Positions 9,455-20,204 of a DNA stretch of 64,000 nucleotides are shown here, in pieces. Position numbers and translations under genes: made by a program. Positions within the stretch are counted from its first letter, which is position 1. Each line of letters starts with the position of its first letter. The DNA comes from an uncultured Spirochaetota bacterium (lineage in GTDB: Bacteria > Spirochaetota > Brevinematia > Brevinematales > JAOACQ01), in contig CAWAOD010000003.1 in NCBI GenBank assembly GCA_963783575.1, positions 128,001 to 192,000 of the forward strand. The letters are read 5' to 3'. The notes under the pieces are model-generated. The model was not told the DNA's origin, did no database searches, and saw nothing but the letters and a program-made list of their open reading frames with translations.

Positions 9455-11971
9455 ATGGAGAAGGAAAGGGAGTTTATAGCGCATTATAGGGAAAAAGATA
9501 AGAAACCTCAAACTGTAGCAGAACATTTACTACAAGTTTCCCAAAAAACTGGTAAATTTGCATCAATAATCGGTTTAAAGGAAGTTGGAGAACTTATCGG
9601 TTTGCTTCATGATCTAGGAAAATACAGTGAAGAATTTCAAAATTATATTGGATCGGCAACGGGATTAATTGATATTGATGAAGAAAATTATGTTGATAAA
9701 ATCGGGAAGAAAGGAAAAATTGACCATTCCAGCGCAGGAGCGCAGGTAATTTTTGAATATTTTTTTCCTAAAGGCCCAGAGGGTCTGATTATCGGTCAAT
9801 TTTTATCTCTGTGCATAGCTTCACATCATTCAGGATTAATTGACTGCATTGAACCGGATGGAACAAATAATTTCAGTCGTCGTTTAAGTAAATCGGAAGA
9901 AAAGACTCACAAAAACGAGGCTATGAATAATATTTCCGATGATTTAAAACAAAAATTAAATAAGTTATTATCTGATGAAACTGTTGTCAATCAATTAGTC
10001 TGCAAGCTTAAGAATTTAATAGACAAAAATAACGATTCAAAAGAAACTTTTAATTTCAAGAGAGGTTTATTGATTCGCTTTCTTTTTAGCTGTCTGGTTG
10101 ATGCCGATCGTCTGGATTCAGCAGCTTTTGAAAAACCGGTAGGAACTATGTTTAGAAATTATGGGGATTATACCTCCTGGGATATTTTAATTGAAAGGCT
10201 GAATCAAAAAATCATCGAATTTGACGCTAAGGTAAATAGAAATAAAGTGGATCGGATCAGAAAAGAAATATCCGATGACTGCTATTCTTTTGCTGATCAT
10301 ACAAATGGAATTTATCAATTGACAGTCCCAACAGGCGGGGGGAAAACTCTTTCCAGTTTAAGGTTTGCTCTTTGCCATGCAAGACGGAATAAAATGGATA
10401 GAGTTGTTTATATTGTTCCTTTCACTACCATTATCGACCAAAATGCAGAAGAAGCAAGAAAAATTCTGGAGGATCGGGATTCAAAAGGAAAATATTTGAA
10501 CCGCGTAGTATTGGAACATCATTCAAACTTAACACCGGAAGAAGAGAACTGGACACAAAAGTTATTATCGGAAGACTGGGATGCGCCGGTTGTATTTACA
10601 ACCAGTGTTCAATTTTTAGAATGTTTGTTTGGATTCGGTACCAGAAGTGCAAGAAGAATGCACCAGCTGGCTAATTCGGTAATTATTTTTGATGAGATTC
10701 AAACTATACCGATAAGGTGTGTTCATCTTTTTAATATTGCTCTTCGCTTTCTGGTTCAGAATTGTGGATCGACGGCAGTACTTTGCACTGCGACTCAACC
10801 GCTCCTTGATTTATCTAAAATAAAACCGGAATATAAAACTCGCTCTTTATCCATCATGCCAGAACAACAGATGATGAAAGATGTGAATAAGCTTTTTAAG
10901 AATTTGAATCGGGTTGAGGTATTTTATAAGAGAATAGCTGGAGGCTGGACAGATATCGATGTAAAAGATTTGGTTCTGGAAGAACTTCAGGAAACGGGAA
11001 GTGTCTTGATAGTTGTTAATACAAAAAAATCGGCAAAAACATTGTATAAAACTATCCTGAATGAAAACCGGGGAAAAACTTTTCATTTGAGTACCGATAT
11101 GTGCCCCAGACACAGAATGATCGTTTTGAAGTATATTAAAAGACGTCTGAAAAAAGAACCTATTATTTGTATTAGCACACAATTGATAGAAGCCGGTGTT
11201 GATATTGATTTTGGGTCGGTTATCCGTTATCTGGCCGGTTTAGACTCCATTGCGCAGGCGGCTGGACGCTGTAACCGTGAAAACAGATTATGCGATTCCG
11301 AAGGGAATTTAAAACCCGGCCGGGTTTTTATTATTAATCCGATAGATGAAAATCTTGATAAACTTGAGAATATCAGTATAGGCAAAGAAATAACGGAACG
11401 TGTATTAAATGCGTATAAAAATACACCGAATAGTTTTGATAACAATATACTGGGACCAAAGGCTATGGAACTTTATTATCAATATTATTTTTATGAACGG
11501 CAGAATAAAATGAATTATCCTGTTGGAAAAAATTCGGAAGCTGGCAGGGAGGATAATTTATTTAACTTATTATCAGTCAACAGCCTGTCTGTTAAAAATT
11601 ACTGGAAAAACAATAATGATACATCACCGAACATACCGCTGAAACAGGCTTTTATGACCTCTGCGAAAGAATTTCGTGCATTTGATTTACCCACAAGAAG
11701 CTTGATTGTGCCTTTCGGAAGAATGGGAAAAAAGATAATAAATGAACTTTGTGCTTCACCGGATATGGAAAAAGAATTTAAACTTCGTAAAAAAGCACAG
11801 AGGTATTCAATTAATTTGTTTCCCTATATTTTCGATAAGTTGATTAAGAAGGGGGCTATTCATGAAGTTCAGAAAGGAGCAGGCATATATATTCTGGACA
11901 AACAATATTACAGCAATCAATTTGGACTGAGCGAAGAACCTGTCAACGAAATGGAATTTTTAAACATATAA
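9455..11971 (+). CDS. cas3: CRISPR-associated helicase/nuclease Cas3
   Basis: HD domain (QTVAEHL, LLHDLGK, IDHS, SHHSGL, LVDADRLD); SF2 motifs PTGGGKT, DEIQ, TAT, STQLIEAGVDID, QAAGRCNRE. Confidence 0.95.
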   Translation: MEKEREFIAHYREKDKKPQTVAEHLLQVSQKTGKFASIIGLKEVGELIGLLHDLGKYSEEFQNYIGSATGLIDIDEENYVDKIGKKGKIDHSSAGAQVIFEYFFPKGPEGLIIGQFLSLCIASHHSGLIDCIEPDGTNNFSRRLSKSEEKTHKNEAMNNISDDLKQKLNKLLSDETVVNQLVCKLKNLIDKNNDSKETFNFKRGLLIRFLFSCLVDADRLDSAAFEKPVGTMFRNYGDYTSWDILIERLNQKIIEFDAKVNRNKVDRIRKEISDDCYSFADHTNGIYQLTVPTGGGKTLSSLRFALCHARRNKMDRVVYIVPFTTIIDQNAEEARKILEDRDSKGKYLNRVVLEHHSNLTPEEENWTQKLLSEDWDAPVVFTTSVQFLECLFGFGTRSARRMHQLANSVIIFDEIQTIPIRCVHLFNIALRFLVQNCGSTAVLCTATQPLLDLSKIKPEYKTRSLSIMPEQQMMKDVNKLFKNLNRVEVFYKRIAGGWTDIDVKDLVLEELQETGSVLIVVNTKKSAKTLYKTILNENRGKTFHLSTDMCPRHRMIVLKYIKRRLKKEPIICISTQLIEAGVDIDFGSVIRYLAGLDSIAQAAGRCNRENRLCDSEGNLKPGRVFIINPIDENLDKLENISIGKEITERVLNAYKNTPNSFDNNILGPKAMELYYQYYFYERQNKMNYPVGKNSEAGREDNLFNLLSVNSLSVKNYWKNNNDTSPNIPLKQAFMTSAKEFRAFDLPTRSLIVPFGRMGKKIINELCASPDMEKEFKLRKKAQRYSINLFPYIFDKLIKKGAIHEVQKGAGIYILDKQYYSNQFGLSEEPVNEMEFLNI

Positions 11972-11981
11972 GGGGTGACAT

Positions 11982-12768
11982 ATGGAAAACAGAATCAGAA
12001 ACACGGTTGAATTCAAGGTATCCGGTAAATATGCCCTGTTTACCGACCCACTCACAAAAATCGGCGGTGAAAAATGTTCCTACCAAATTCCAACCTACGA
12101 AGCTCTAAAGGGCATTCTCAGTTCCGTTTACTGGAAACCCACAATTATCTGGATTATTGACAGAATGCGGGTAATAAAACGCATCAAAACCCAGACCAGG
12201 AGTATGAAACCTCTGAATTATGGAGGTGTATATCCAACGGCTAGAGATTTAAGCAAAAAAGAAGAACCATTTAACTCATTGTCAATTTATACTTATCTTG
12301 CCGATGTGGAATATCAGGTTCAGGCGCATTTTATATGGAACAAGTATCGGGAGGATATGACGAAAGACAGGAATGAAAATAAGCACCATTGCGTTGCCCG
12401 CAGGATGATCGAGCGCGGTGGCAGGCGGGATATTTTTCTGGGAACACGGGAGTGCCAGGGATATGTAGAGCCTTGTGTATTCGATAAAGAAACGGGATTT
12501 TATGACAATTATGGTGAACTTTCTTTTGACCTGATGTTTCATGGATTTGATTATCCGGATGAGATCGGAGAACCGAAACTTTACTCACGGTTTTGGAGGC
12601 CGAAGATGATAAACGGAATTATTGATTTTATCAACCCGGATGAAAAAAACGATAATCGTCATGAAACGGAAGTTTGTCAGAAGAATGACCGCAAAACCTC
12701 TGGCTTCAAACGGACTTGAAGAAGAAGGCTTGTTGGAAGGTTGTGAAAATAAGGAGGCGGAAATATGA
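11982..12768 (+). CDS. cas5: Type I-C Cas5c (Cas5d); +1 frameshift at A7 run 12643-12649 near the 3' end
   Basis: ALFTDPLTKIGGEKCSYQIPTYEALKGIL..YWKPT, GGRRDIFLGTRECQGYV. Removing one A gives KRKFVRRMTAKP..GLEEEGLLEG ending at a TGA that overlaps the cas8c ATG. Confidence 0.9.
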
Positions 12769-14726
12769 GCTGGATTCAAAAGCTCTATGATACCTATGAA
12801 GCATGTCAACCTGTGATTGGAAAGGATATTAAAAATCCGCTTTTGCCAATATGCCACATTTTACAAAAGGTTCAAATTGAGATTACAATTGATAACGAGG
12901 GCAATTTTATTAAAGCAGAACCAATATATAACGAAAACGAAGCAAAAACAATAATTCCTTGTACAGAAAACTCCGCAAGCAGAACAAATAGTCCAGCACC
13001 ACACGCGCTTTGTGATAAATTACAATATGTTGCGGCAGATTATAAGGAATTTGGCGGAGAAAAAAAATCATATTATAGTGATTATCTAAAACTGTTAGAG
13101 TCCTGGTGTAAATCAGAATTCAAACATCCGAAAGCTGTAGCTGTCTTTGAGTATATTAAAAAATGCCGAATAATTGCGGACTTAGTGGATTCTAAGGTTT
13201 TTTATGCTAAAGATGGAAAATTAATGAAAAAGTGGGAAGGAGAAAAAAAGGATAAGCCAAAACTGTTTACAATTTTCCAAAATCAGACTTGGCAAGCTGA
13301 GTCATTTATACGATGGATTATTATAAAACCGGGAGAACTCCAGACAAAAACTTGGACTGATGAATCTCTCTGGAAAAGCTGGATAGATTATTATTCAAAT
13401 TTAAGAAATGAAAAAGGATTCTGTTATGTAAAAGGAACTTCCTTATTACTTACAGACTTACACTCAAGGTACATCAGGAAAGAGGGAGATGGAGCAAAAT
13501 TAATTTCTTCTAATGACACATCTGGCTATACCTTCCGTGGTCGGTTCTTAAATGCAGATCAAGCCAGTGGAGTCAGTTTGGAAGTTTCCCAAAAGGCGCA
13601 TCTTGCATTGCAATGGCTAATAAGGCGGCAGGGGAAGATTTTTTATGTCAAAGGTGATAATGGAAAGTTTGAACCCGCTTTAACTATTGTTGCTTGGTCA
13701 ATTTCCGAAAATCAAACTCCTGATTTAATAATGGTTGATACCTCTGGGATAATAGGTGAAGACGATTTGCCAAGTGATGAAGCATCGTTAGCCTATACCG
13801 CCCAGGATTTTGCTTTAAAATTGAACAAAAAAATTTCCGGTTACAGTCAAAATCTGAGAGATACAAAAGGTGTAGTTGTGATGGGTCTGGATTCCGCCAC
13901 TCCCGGACGTATGGCAATCACTTTTTATAGAGAATTGACCAGTTCGGAATTCCTGGATCGGGTAGAAAACTGGCACAAGACCTGTTCCTGGATTCATGAT
14001 TATGGTGTAAAAGAAATAGATAAAGATGGTAAAATGGAGAAATCTTACTATCGGTTCGTCGGCGCTCCATCTCCTGATGACATTGCACTGGCAGCCTACG
14101 GCAGGCATTTGGATGATAAACTCCGTAAATCGACCGTGGAAAAGCTTTTACCGTGCATCATTGACGGGCAAAAATTGCCAAAAGGTCTGGTAGAGTCGGC
14201 GATCAGTCGTGCGAGTAACAGGGTTGGAATGAAAAATTGGGAATGGAACAAAACGCTCAGCATTGCCTGCGCGCTTTATAGAAAATATTACGAGAATGAA
14301 AATTATAACGGAAAGGAGGGTTTTGATATGGCACTTGAAGAAAACCGAAGAACCAGGGATTATCTTTACGGAAGGCTTCTAGCACTTGCAGACAGGCTGG
14401 AGGAATATGCGTTAAGCAAATCAGGAGAAAAAAGGGCGACAAACGCCGCAAGATATATGCAGCAATTTGCTAACCGTCCCAATAAGACATGGCAGCAGAT
14501 TGAGACGGCATTATCTCCTTATCTTGCAAGACTAGGAGGCAGGGCAATCTGGTATAAAGATTTGGTAGATGAAGTAATGGGCAAATTCGATTCAGTCGAG
14601 AGCTTTACGTTAGATAAACCATTAACTGGTGAATTCTTATTGGGCTATCATTGTCAAAGAGAAAAGCTAAAACCATCAAAAAAAGAAGAAAATCAGGATG
14701 ATTTTTCTGAAAAACAAGAAAGTTGA
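12765..14726 (+). CDS. cas8c: Type I-C large subunit Cas8c (Csd1)
   Basis: MSWIQKLYDTY, TIIPCTENSASRT..PHALCDKLQYVA, AKLISSND..GYTFRGRF, LDSATPGRMAI, DYLYGRLLA, EFLLGYHCQR. Confidence 0.95.
   Translation: MSWIQKLYDTYEACQPVIGKDIKNPLLPICHILQKVQIEITIDNEGNFIKAEPIYNENEAKTIIPCTENSASRTNSPAPHALCDKLQYVAADYKEFGGEKKSYYSDYLKLLESWCKSEFKHPKAVAVFEYIKKCRIIADLVDSKVFYAKDGKLMKKWEGEKKDKPKLFTIFQNQTWQAESFIRWIIIKPGELQTKTWTDESLWKSWIDYYSNLRNEKGFCYVKGTSLLLTDLHSRYIRKEGDGAKLISSNDTSGYTFRGRFLNADQASGVSLEVSQKAHLALQWLIRRQGKIFYVKGDNGKFEPALTIVAWSISENQTPDLIMVDTSGIIGEDDLPSDEASLAYTAQDFALKLNKKISGYSQNLRDTKGVVVMGLDSATPGRMAITFYRELTSSEFLDRVENWHKTCSWIHDYGVKEIDKDGKMEKSYYRFVGAPSPDDIALAAYGRHLDDKLRKSTVEKLLPCIIDGQKLPKGLVESAISRASNRVGMKNWEWNKTLSIACALYRKYYENENYNGKEGFDMALEENRRTRDYLYGRLLALADRLEEYALSKSGEKRATNAARYMQQFANRPNKTWQQIETALSPYLARLGGRAIWYKDLVDEVMGKFDSVESFTLDKPLTGEFLLGYHCQREKLKPSKKEENQDDFSEKQES
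14328..14726 (+). CDS. cas11: Cas11c small subunit translated from an internal start in cas8c
   Basis: AAGGAGG RBS at 14313-14319 and in-frame ATG 14328 (MALEENRRTRDYLYGRLLA), giving 132 aa; internal Cas11 translation is established for type I-C. Confidence 0.8.
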   Translation: MALEENRRTRDYLYGRLLALADRLEEYALSKSGEKRATNAARYMQQFANRPNKTWQQIETALSPYLARLGGRAIWYKDLVDEVMGKFDSVESFTLDKPLTGEFLLGYHCQREKLKPSKKEENQDDFSEKQES

Positions 14727-14740
14727 AATAACGGAAGCAC

Positions 14741-14808
14741 CCGGTCATTGAGCGGAGTCGAAATGACCGGTAGATATTTGACGGGCACCTCGGCTCCGCT
14801 CGGTGTCC
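14741..14808. repeat. REP-like hairpin doublet between cas8c and cas7
   Basis: CCGGTCATT-gagcggagtcga-AATGACCGG, 12 nt, GGGCACC-tcggctccgctc-GGTGTCC. Confidence 0.8.
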
Positions 14809-14841
14809 AAATATAATAACAATTTTAAGGAGGAATTTTAT

Positions 14842-15805
14842 ATGGAAACTCTGAAAAACAAAATTGATTTCGCGGTAATTATCAGTGTCAAGAACGCCAA
14901 TCCGAACGGCGACCCACTCAATGGGAACCGTCCCAGGGTCAATTATGAAGGCGAAGGCGAGATTTCCGATGTCTGCATCAAGCGGAAAATCAGAAATAGA
15001 TTGATGGAAGCAGTTGAAACCGATGAAAAATGTGAACCAAAAATTAAAGATGGAAAGCCAATTTACAAATATAAAGTATTTGTCCAGCCGGATGATAATC
15101 GTTTAGATGATTATCGGAGCCTGCGTTCACGTGCGGAAGGCGAATTGAAAGGCATTGATATGAAAGATGATAAAAAGTACCGTGAAGAAGCCTGTAAGAA
15201 ATGGATTGATGTCCGTGCATTCGGGCAGGTGTTTGCCTATAAAGGTGGCAGTAAGAAAGGCAAGAAAGAAACAGAAGGTGAAGAGGAAAAAGGAGATGAT
15301 AAAGGGGTTTCGATAGGTATACGAGGCCCGGTTTCAATTCATTCCGCATTCTCGAAAGCTCTCGTGAATGATCGAGTATCAAGTATTCAAATAACAAAAA
15401 GCGTTAGTGGAGAAGGAGATAGCGGTAAGCGTGGTTCCGATACAATGGGTATGAAACATCGGGTAGATCATGGAATTTATGTATTCTATGGGGCTATGAA
15501 TCCACAGCTTGCAAAATTGCCGCATGGTACTGGCTTCAGTGACGATGATGCAAAAGCGATTAAAGAGACTTTAATTAAATTGTTCCAGAATGACGCTTCA
15601 TCGGCGCGTCCGGAAGGGAAGCATGGAAGTCGTAAAATTGTACTGGTGGCAGCATAATTGTGCTTCCGGGCAATATTCATCAGCTAAAGTTCACCGATCG
15701 TTGACGGTAGAACCAAAAAGTGATAATCCGAAATCGATTGAGGATTATGAGATAAAATTATCAGAATTGCCTGGTTTAAAGCCGGAAATATTGGATGGTT
15801 TATAA
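14842..15805 (+). CDS. cas7: Type I-C Cas7 (Csd2); +1 frameshift at GGG 15616-15618
   Basis: NANPNGDPLNGNRPR, SDVCIKRKIRN, WIDVRAFGQVF, IRGPVSI, DTMGMKH. Removing one base joins NDASSARPEG to SMEVVKLYWWQH..GQYSSAKVH. AAGGAGG RBS. Confidence 0.92.
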
Positions 15806-15840
15806 ATTTTCTCGAAATACTATAGGTTTTCTACTTTCCC

Positions 15841-15886
15841 TTCAGGATTGTACGGAGCAGTCGCGACTGCTCCGTACAATCCTGAA
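15841..15886. repeat. Perfect 46-bp palindrome (GTAG/GTAC-type REP-like) between cas7 and cas4
   Basis: TTCAGGATTGTACGGAGCAGTCG|CGACTGCTCCGTACAATCCTGAA is exactly self-complementary. Confidence 0.85.
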
Positions 15887-15940
15887 AGGCATAATGCGGC
15901 AAGGGTTCCTTAAGTAATATAATAAAAAGGAGGCCATCCA

Positions 15941-16589
15941 ATGCCCTATCCCGAATCCGATCTAATCGCCATCTCCGCACTCCAGCATTACATCTTCTGC
16001 CCCCGCCAGTGCGCGCTGATACATATCGAGCAGGCCTGGGAAGAGAACAGTTTAACCGCCGAGGGAAGAAACCTCCACGACCGCGCACATGGCGATTCGG
16101 CCGAAACCCGTCCGGATTGCCGGAGGATTTTTTGGCATGCCATTGAGGTCGCTGGAACTGGGTCTAACAGGAAAGGCCGACTGCGTAATGGAGACGCCGG
16201 AGGGTAAGTATATTCCACTTGAATATAAGCGCGGGAGGCCGAAAGTAAAAGAAATGGACACCGTCCAGCTCTGCGCGCAGGCTTTTTGCCTGGAGGAAAT
16301 GACGGGGAAAAACATTGAAGAGGGATTTATCTATTATTTCCGGATTAAAAAAAGGCTGCATGTTAATATCGATAAACCTTTAAGGGACTTGACGGAACAG
16401 ACTGTCCGCGGCATACGGACAATGATGGAAAGCGGCAGAACACCGCCGCCGGAATATTCCAAACGCTGCGAATCGTGCTCTCTGGAGGAACAATGCCTGC
16501 CGGAAGCGGTAGGTAAGAAAAAATCCGTGAAGAAATATATCGTGAAAATGTTGGCGGATGATATTTCTAAAGTAAATATAGGAGGCTGA
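15941..16589 (+). CDS. cas4: Cas4 nuclease; +1 frameshift at T6 run 16128-16133
   Basis: ISALQHYIFCPRQCALIHIEQAWEEN, GKADCV..PLEYKRGRPK, VQLCAQAFCLEEM, CESCSLEEQC; removing one T joins RRIF to GMPLRS. Confidence 0.92.
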
Positions 16590-16591
16590 AT

Positions 16592-16978
16592 ATGCCTTAT
16601 ATGTATATACTTGAATGCTCTGACGGGACCTATTATACTGGAAGTACATGGGATTTGGAAAAAAGATTGGATGAGCATAATAGTGGTGCCTCGGAGCCGC
16701 CAAGCGGCCGGGGAGCAAATTATACCAGGAAAAGACTGCCGGTAAAAATTGTTTATTTTGAACAATTTGAACGGATTGAATCTGCTTTTAAACGGGAAAA
16801 GCAAATTCAAAATTGGAGCCATGTGAAAAAGAAGGCTCTTATAGATGCAAATATTAATTTAATCCATAAATTTGCTATTTGCAGAAACCAAAGCCGGTCT
16901 CCGAGCGTAGTCGAGGAGCCGGATGATACGAAATGGTCGTCTCGGCTTCGCTCGACGACCGATATAAAAGGAAATTAG
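16592..16978 (+). CDS. Small GIY-YIG nuclease family protein (UPF0213-like) inserted between cas4 and cas1
   Basis: YMYILECSDGTYYTGST.DLEKRLDEHN..GANYTRKRLPV..AFKREKQIQNWSHVKKKALI; GGAGG RBS inside the cas4 3' end. Confidence 0.9.
   Translation: MPYMYILECSDGTYYTGSTWDLEKRLDEHNSGASEPPSGRGANYTRKRLPVKIVYFEQFERIESAFKREKQIQNWSHVKKKALIDANINLIHKFAICRNQSRSPSVVEEPDDTKWSSRLRSTTDIKGN
16894..16960. repeat. REP-like hairpin doublet in the GIY-YIG 3' end
   Basis: CCGGTCTCC-gagcgtagtcga-GGAGCCGG, 12 nt, GGTCGTC-tcggcttcgctc-GACGACC; same architecture as 14741-14808. Confidence 0.8.
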
Positions 16979-16980
16979 TC

Positions 16981-18012
16981 ATGAAACGCCTTCTCAACAC
17001 TTTATTTGTAACCACACAGAAAACCTACATGAGAAAACAGGGGGAAACACTGGTTGTCCAGCAGGGAAAGGACATTCTGCTTCAACTGCCGCTGATCAAT
17101 CTTTCAAGTATCGTCTGCTTCGGAAATATCCGCATCAGCCCTTTCCTGCTTGGGAATTGCCCGAAATACGGGATCAGTGTGAGTTTCCTGTCCCAATACG
17201 GCAAATTTCTCGCGCGTGTACAGGGTCCGGTATCCGGCAATGTACTGCTCAGGCGTGCCCAATACCGGATGACGGACGATTCTAAAATCTGTGCTGATAT
17301 TATCCGAAATATAGTCATCGGAAAGATTTCCAACTGCAGGACAGTTCTGCAAAGGGCGCAAAGAGACCATGCAGGTAAAATCGATGAAGCTAAAGTCAAT
17401 AGCGCTGTCGAATCACTGGAAAGGGCAATGAACAAAGCCATGGAAGCGAAAGAAGCGGATGTATTGCGTGGAATTGAAGGTGATGCGGCCCGTGAATATT
17501 TTGGAGTATTCAATGAATTAGTCGTCACACAAAAAAATGATTTTACATTTAATGAACGTTCAAGAAGGCCGCCGCTGGACAGGGTTAATGCTCTTTTGTC
17601 CTTTGTTTATACCCTGCTTTATCATGATATGCGCTCTGTACTGGAATCTACCGGGCTTGATCCGGCAGTCGGTTTTCTGCACCGCGACCGGCCGGGGAGA
17701 TTGTCGCTCGCTCTTGATTTGATGGAGGAATTCCGGCCGTATTTTGCGGACAGGCTTGTTTTGTCATTGATAAATCTTAAACAGATCGAACCGAGACAAT
17801 TCAGAATTCTGGAAAACGGCGCCGTTTTAATGAATGATGCGGCAAGGAAAACGGTTTTAGCAGCTTATCAAAAGCGCAAGCAGGATTCGATCAGGCATCC
17901 ATTTGTTGACAATGATATGCACATCGGCCTGTTATTTCATACGCAGGCTCTTCTTCTGGCAAGGTATATCCGGGGAGATATTGATGGCTACCCGCCTTTT
18001 ATCTGGAGGTAA
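16981..18012 (+). CDS. cas1: Type I-C Cas1
   Basis: MKRLLNTLFVTTQ, GPVSGNVLLRRAQY, LRGIEGDAAREYF, RSRRPPLDRVNALLSF, GFLHRDRPGR.SLALDLMEEFR, YPPFIWR. Confidence 0.96.
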   Translation: MKRLLNTLFVTTQKTYMRKQGETLVVQQGKDILLQLPLINLSSIVCFGNIRISPFLLGNCPKYGISVSFLSQYGKFLARVQGPVSGNVLLRRAQYRMTDDSKICADIIRNIVIGKISNCRTVLQRAQRDHAGKIDEAKVNSAVESLERAMNKAMEAKEADVLRGIEGDAAREYFGVFNELVVTQKNDFTFNERSRRPPLDRVNALLSFVYTLLYHDMRSVLESTGLDPAVGFLHRDRPGRLSLALDLMEEFRPYFADRLVLSLINLKQIEPRQFRILENGAVLMNDAARKTVLAAYQKRKQDSIRHPFVDNDMHIGLLFHTQALLLARYIRGDIDGYPPFIWR

Positions 18013-18014
18013 TT

Positions 18015-18302
18015 ATGATGGTTCTGGTCAGTTATGATGTTGCGGAGGATGAGCTTGGTAAAAAAAGACTCAGGCATGTTGCAAAAATCTGCAAAAACTT
18101 CGGGCAGAGGGTTCAGTATTCCGTATTCGAATGCCTGGTAGATCCCGCCCAATGGGCTAAAATGAAAGATGAACTGATCCGGGAAATTAACCCGAAGTTC
18201 GACAGTCTCCGATTTTATTTTCTTGGGGCTAACTGGAAAAAGAGGGTTGAACACCTCGGGGCAAAAAAGAGTTACGACCCGGAAGGTCTTCTATTAGTTT
18301 AA
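18015..18302 (+). CDS. cas2: Cas2
   Basis: VLVSYDV..KRLRHVAKICKNFGQRVQYSVFEC..DSLRFYFLG. Confidence 0.96.
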   Translation: MMVLVSYDVAEDELGKKRLRHVAKICKNFGQRVQYSVFECLVDPAQWAKMKDELIREINPKFDSLRFYFLGANWKKRVEHLGAKKSYDPEGLLLV

Positions 18303-18476
18303 TGCGCGAACTACAGGGAAACATAAATTTGCATTTTATTGAGGTTATAGAACTATAGGCTATATATGAAAATAAAAAGGATTACAAAACGGATAAATAA
18401 TTTCTTTGATAATTTCTGTGGCTTCGCGGAAACAGCAATATAATATTTTGTTATATATGAAAATATCTTATATACA
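18303..18476 (+). promoter_or_regulatory. CRISPR leader
   Basis: AT-rich 174 bp between cas2 and repeat 1, with inverted GCGCGAAC (18304) ... CTTCGCG (18422) motifs as commonly seen in I-C leaders. Confidence 0.8.
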
Positions 18477-19900
<1,424 letters not shown>

Positions 19901-20204
19901 GCCACTAATTACACGAATAGATTCTACTGGTGTTCACTAATTCTTATTAATTAGGGCAACTTGTGGTGAGCTATTCCAAATCCATTTTTGGCTAAGTTTC
20001 TTCATGGCTTCCCGCCTTCCTGTGAAAAACACGTATATGCCCGATAGAAATATTCGATTAGAAGTTGAAAAAAGTATGTAAGAACCTGAAGAGCCATAAA
20101 TTTTATAGTTAAAAAAAAGTTTTTAATACAGTCATTGCCTTCTTTTTTTGAAAGAATATTAAATATAATATAAAATATTGAGCTGATTTTAATTAGGAAA
20201 TATT

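Noticed and set aside
16334..16822. Antisense ORFs over cas4/GIY-YIG, and the other 60-160 aa shadow ORFs opposite well-supported genes
   Set aside because: They overlap confident genes and have no RBS or motifs.
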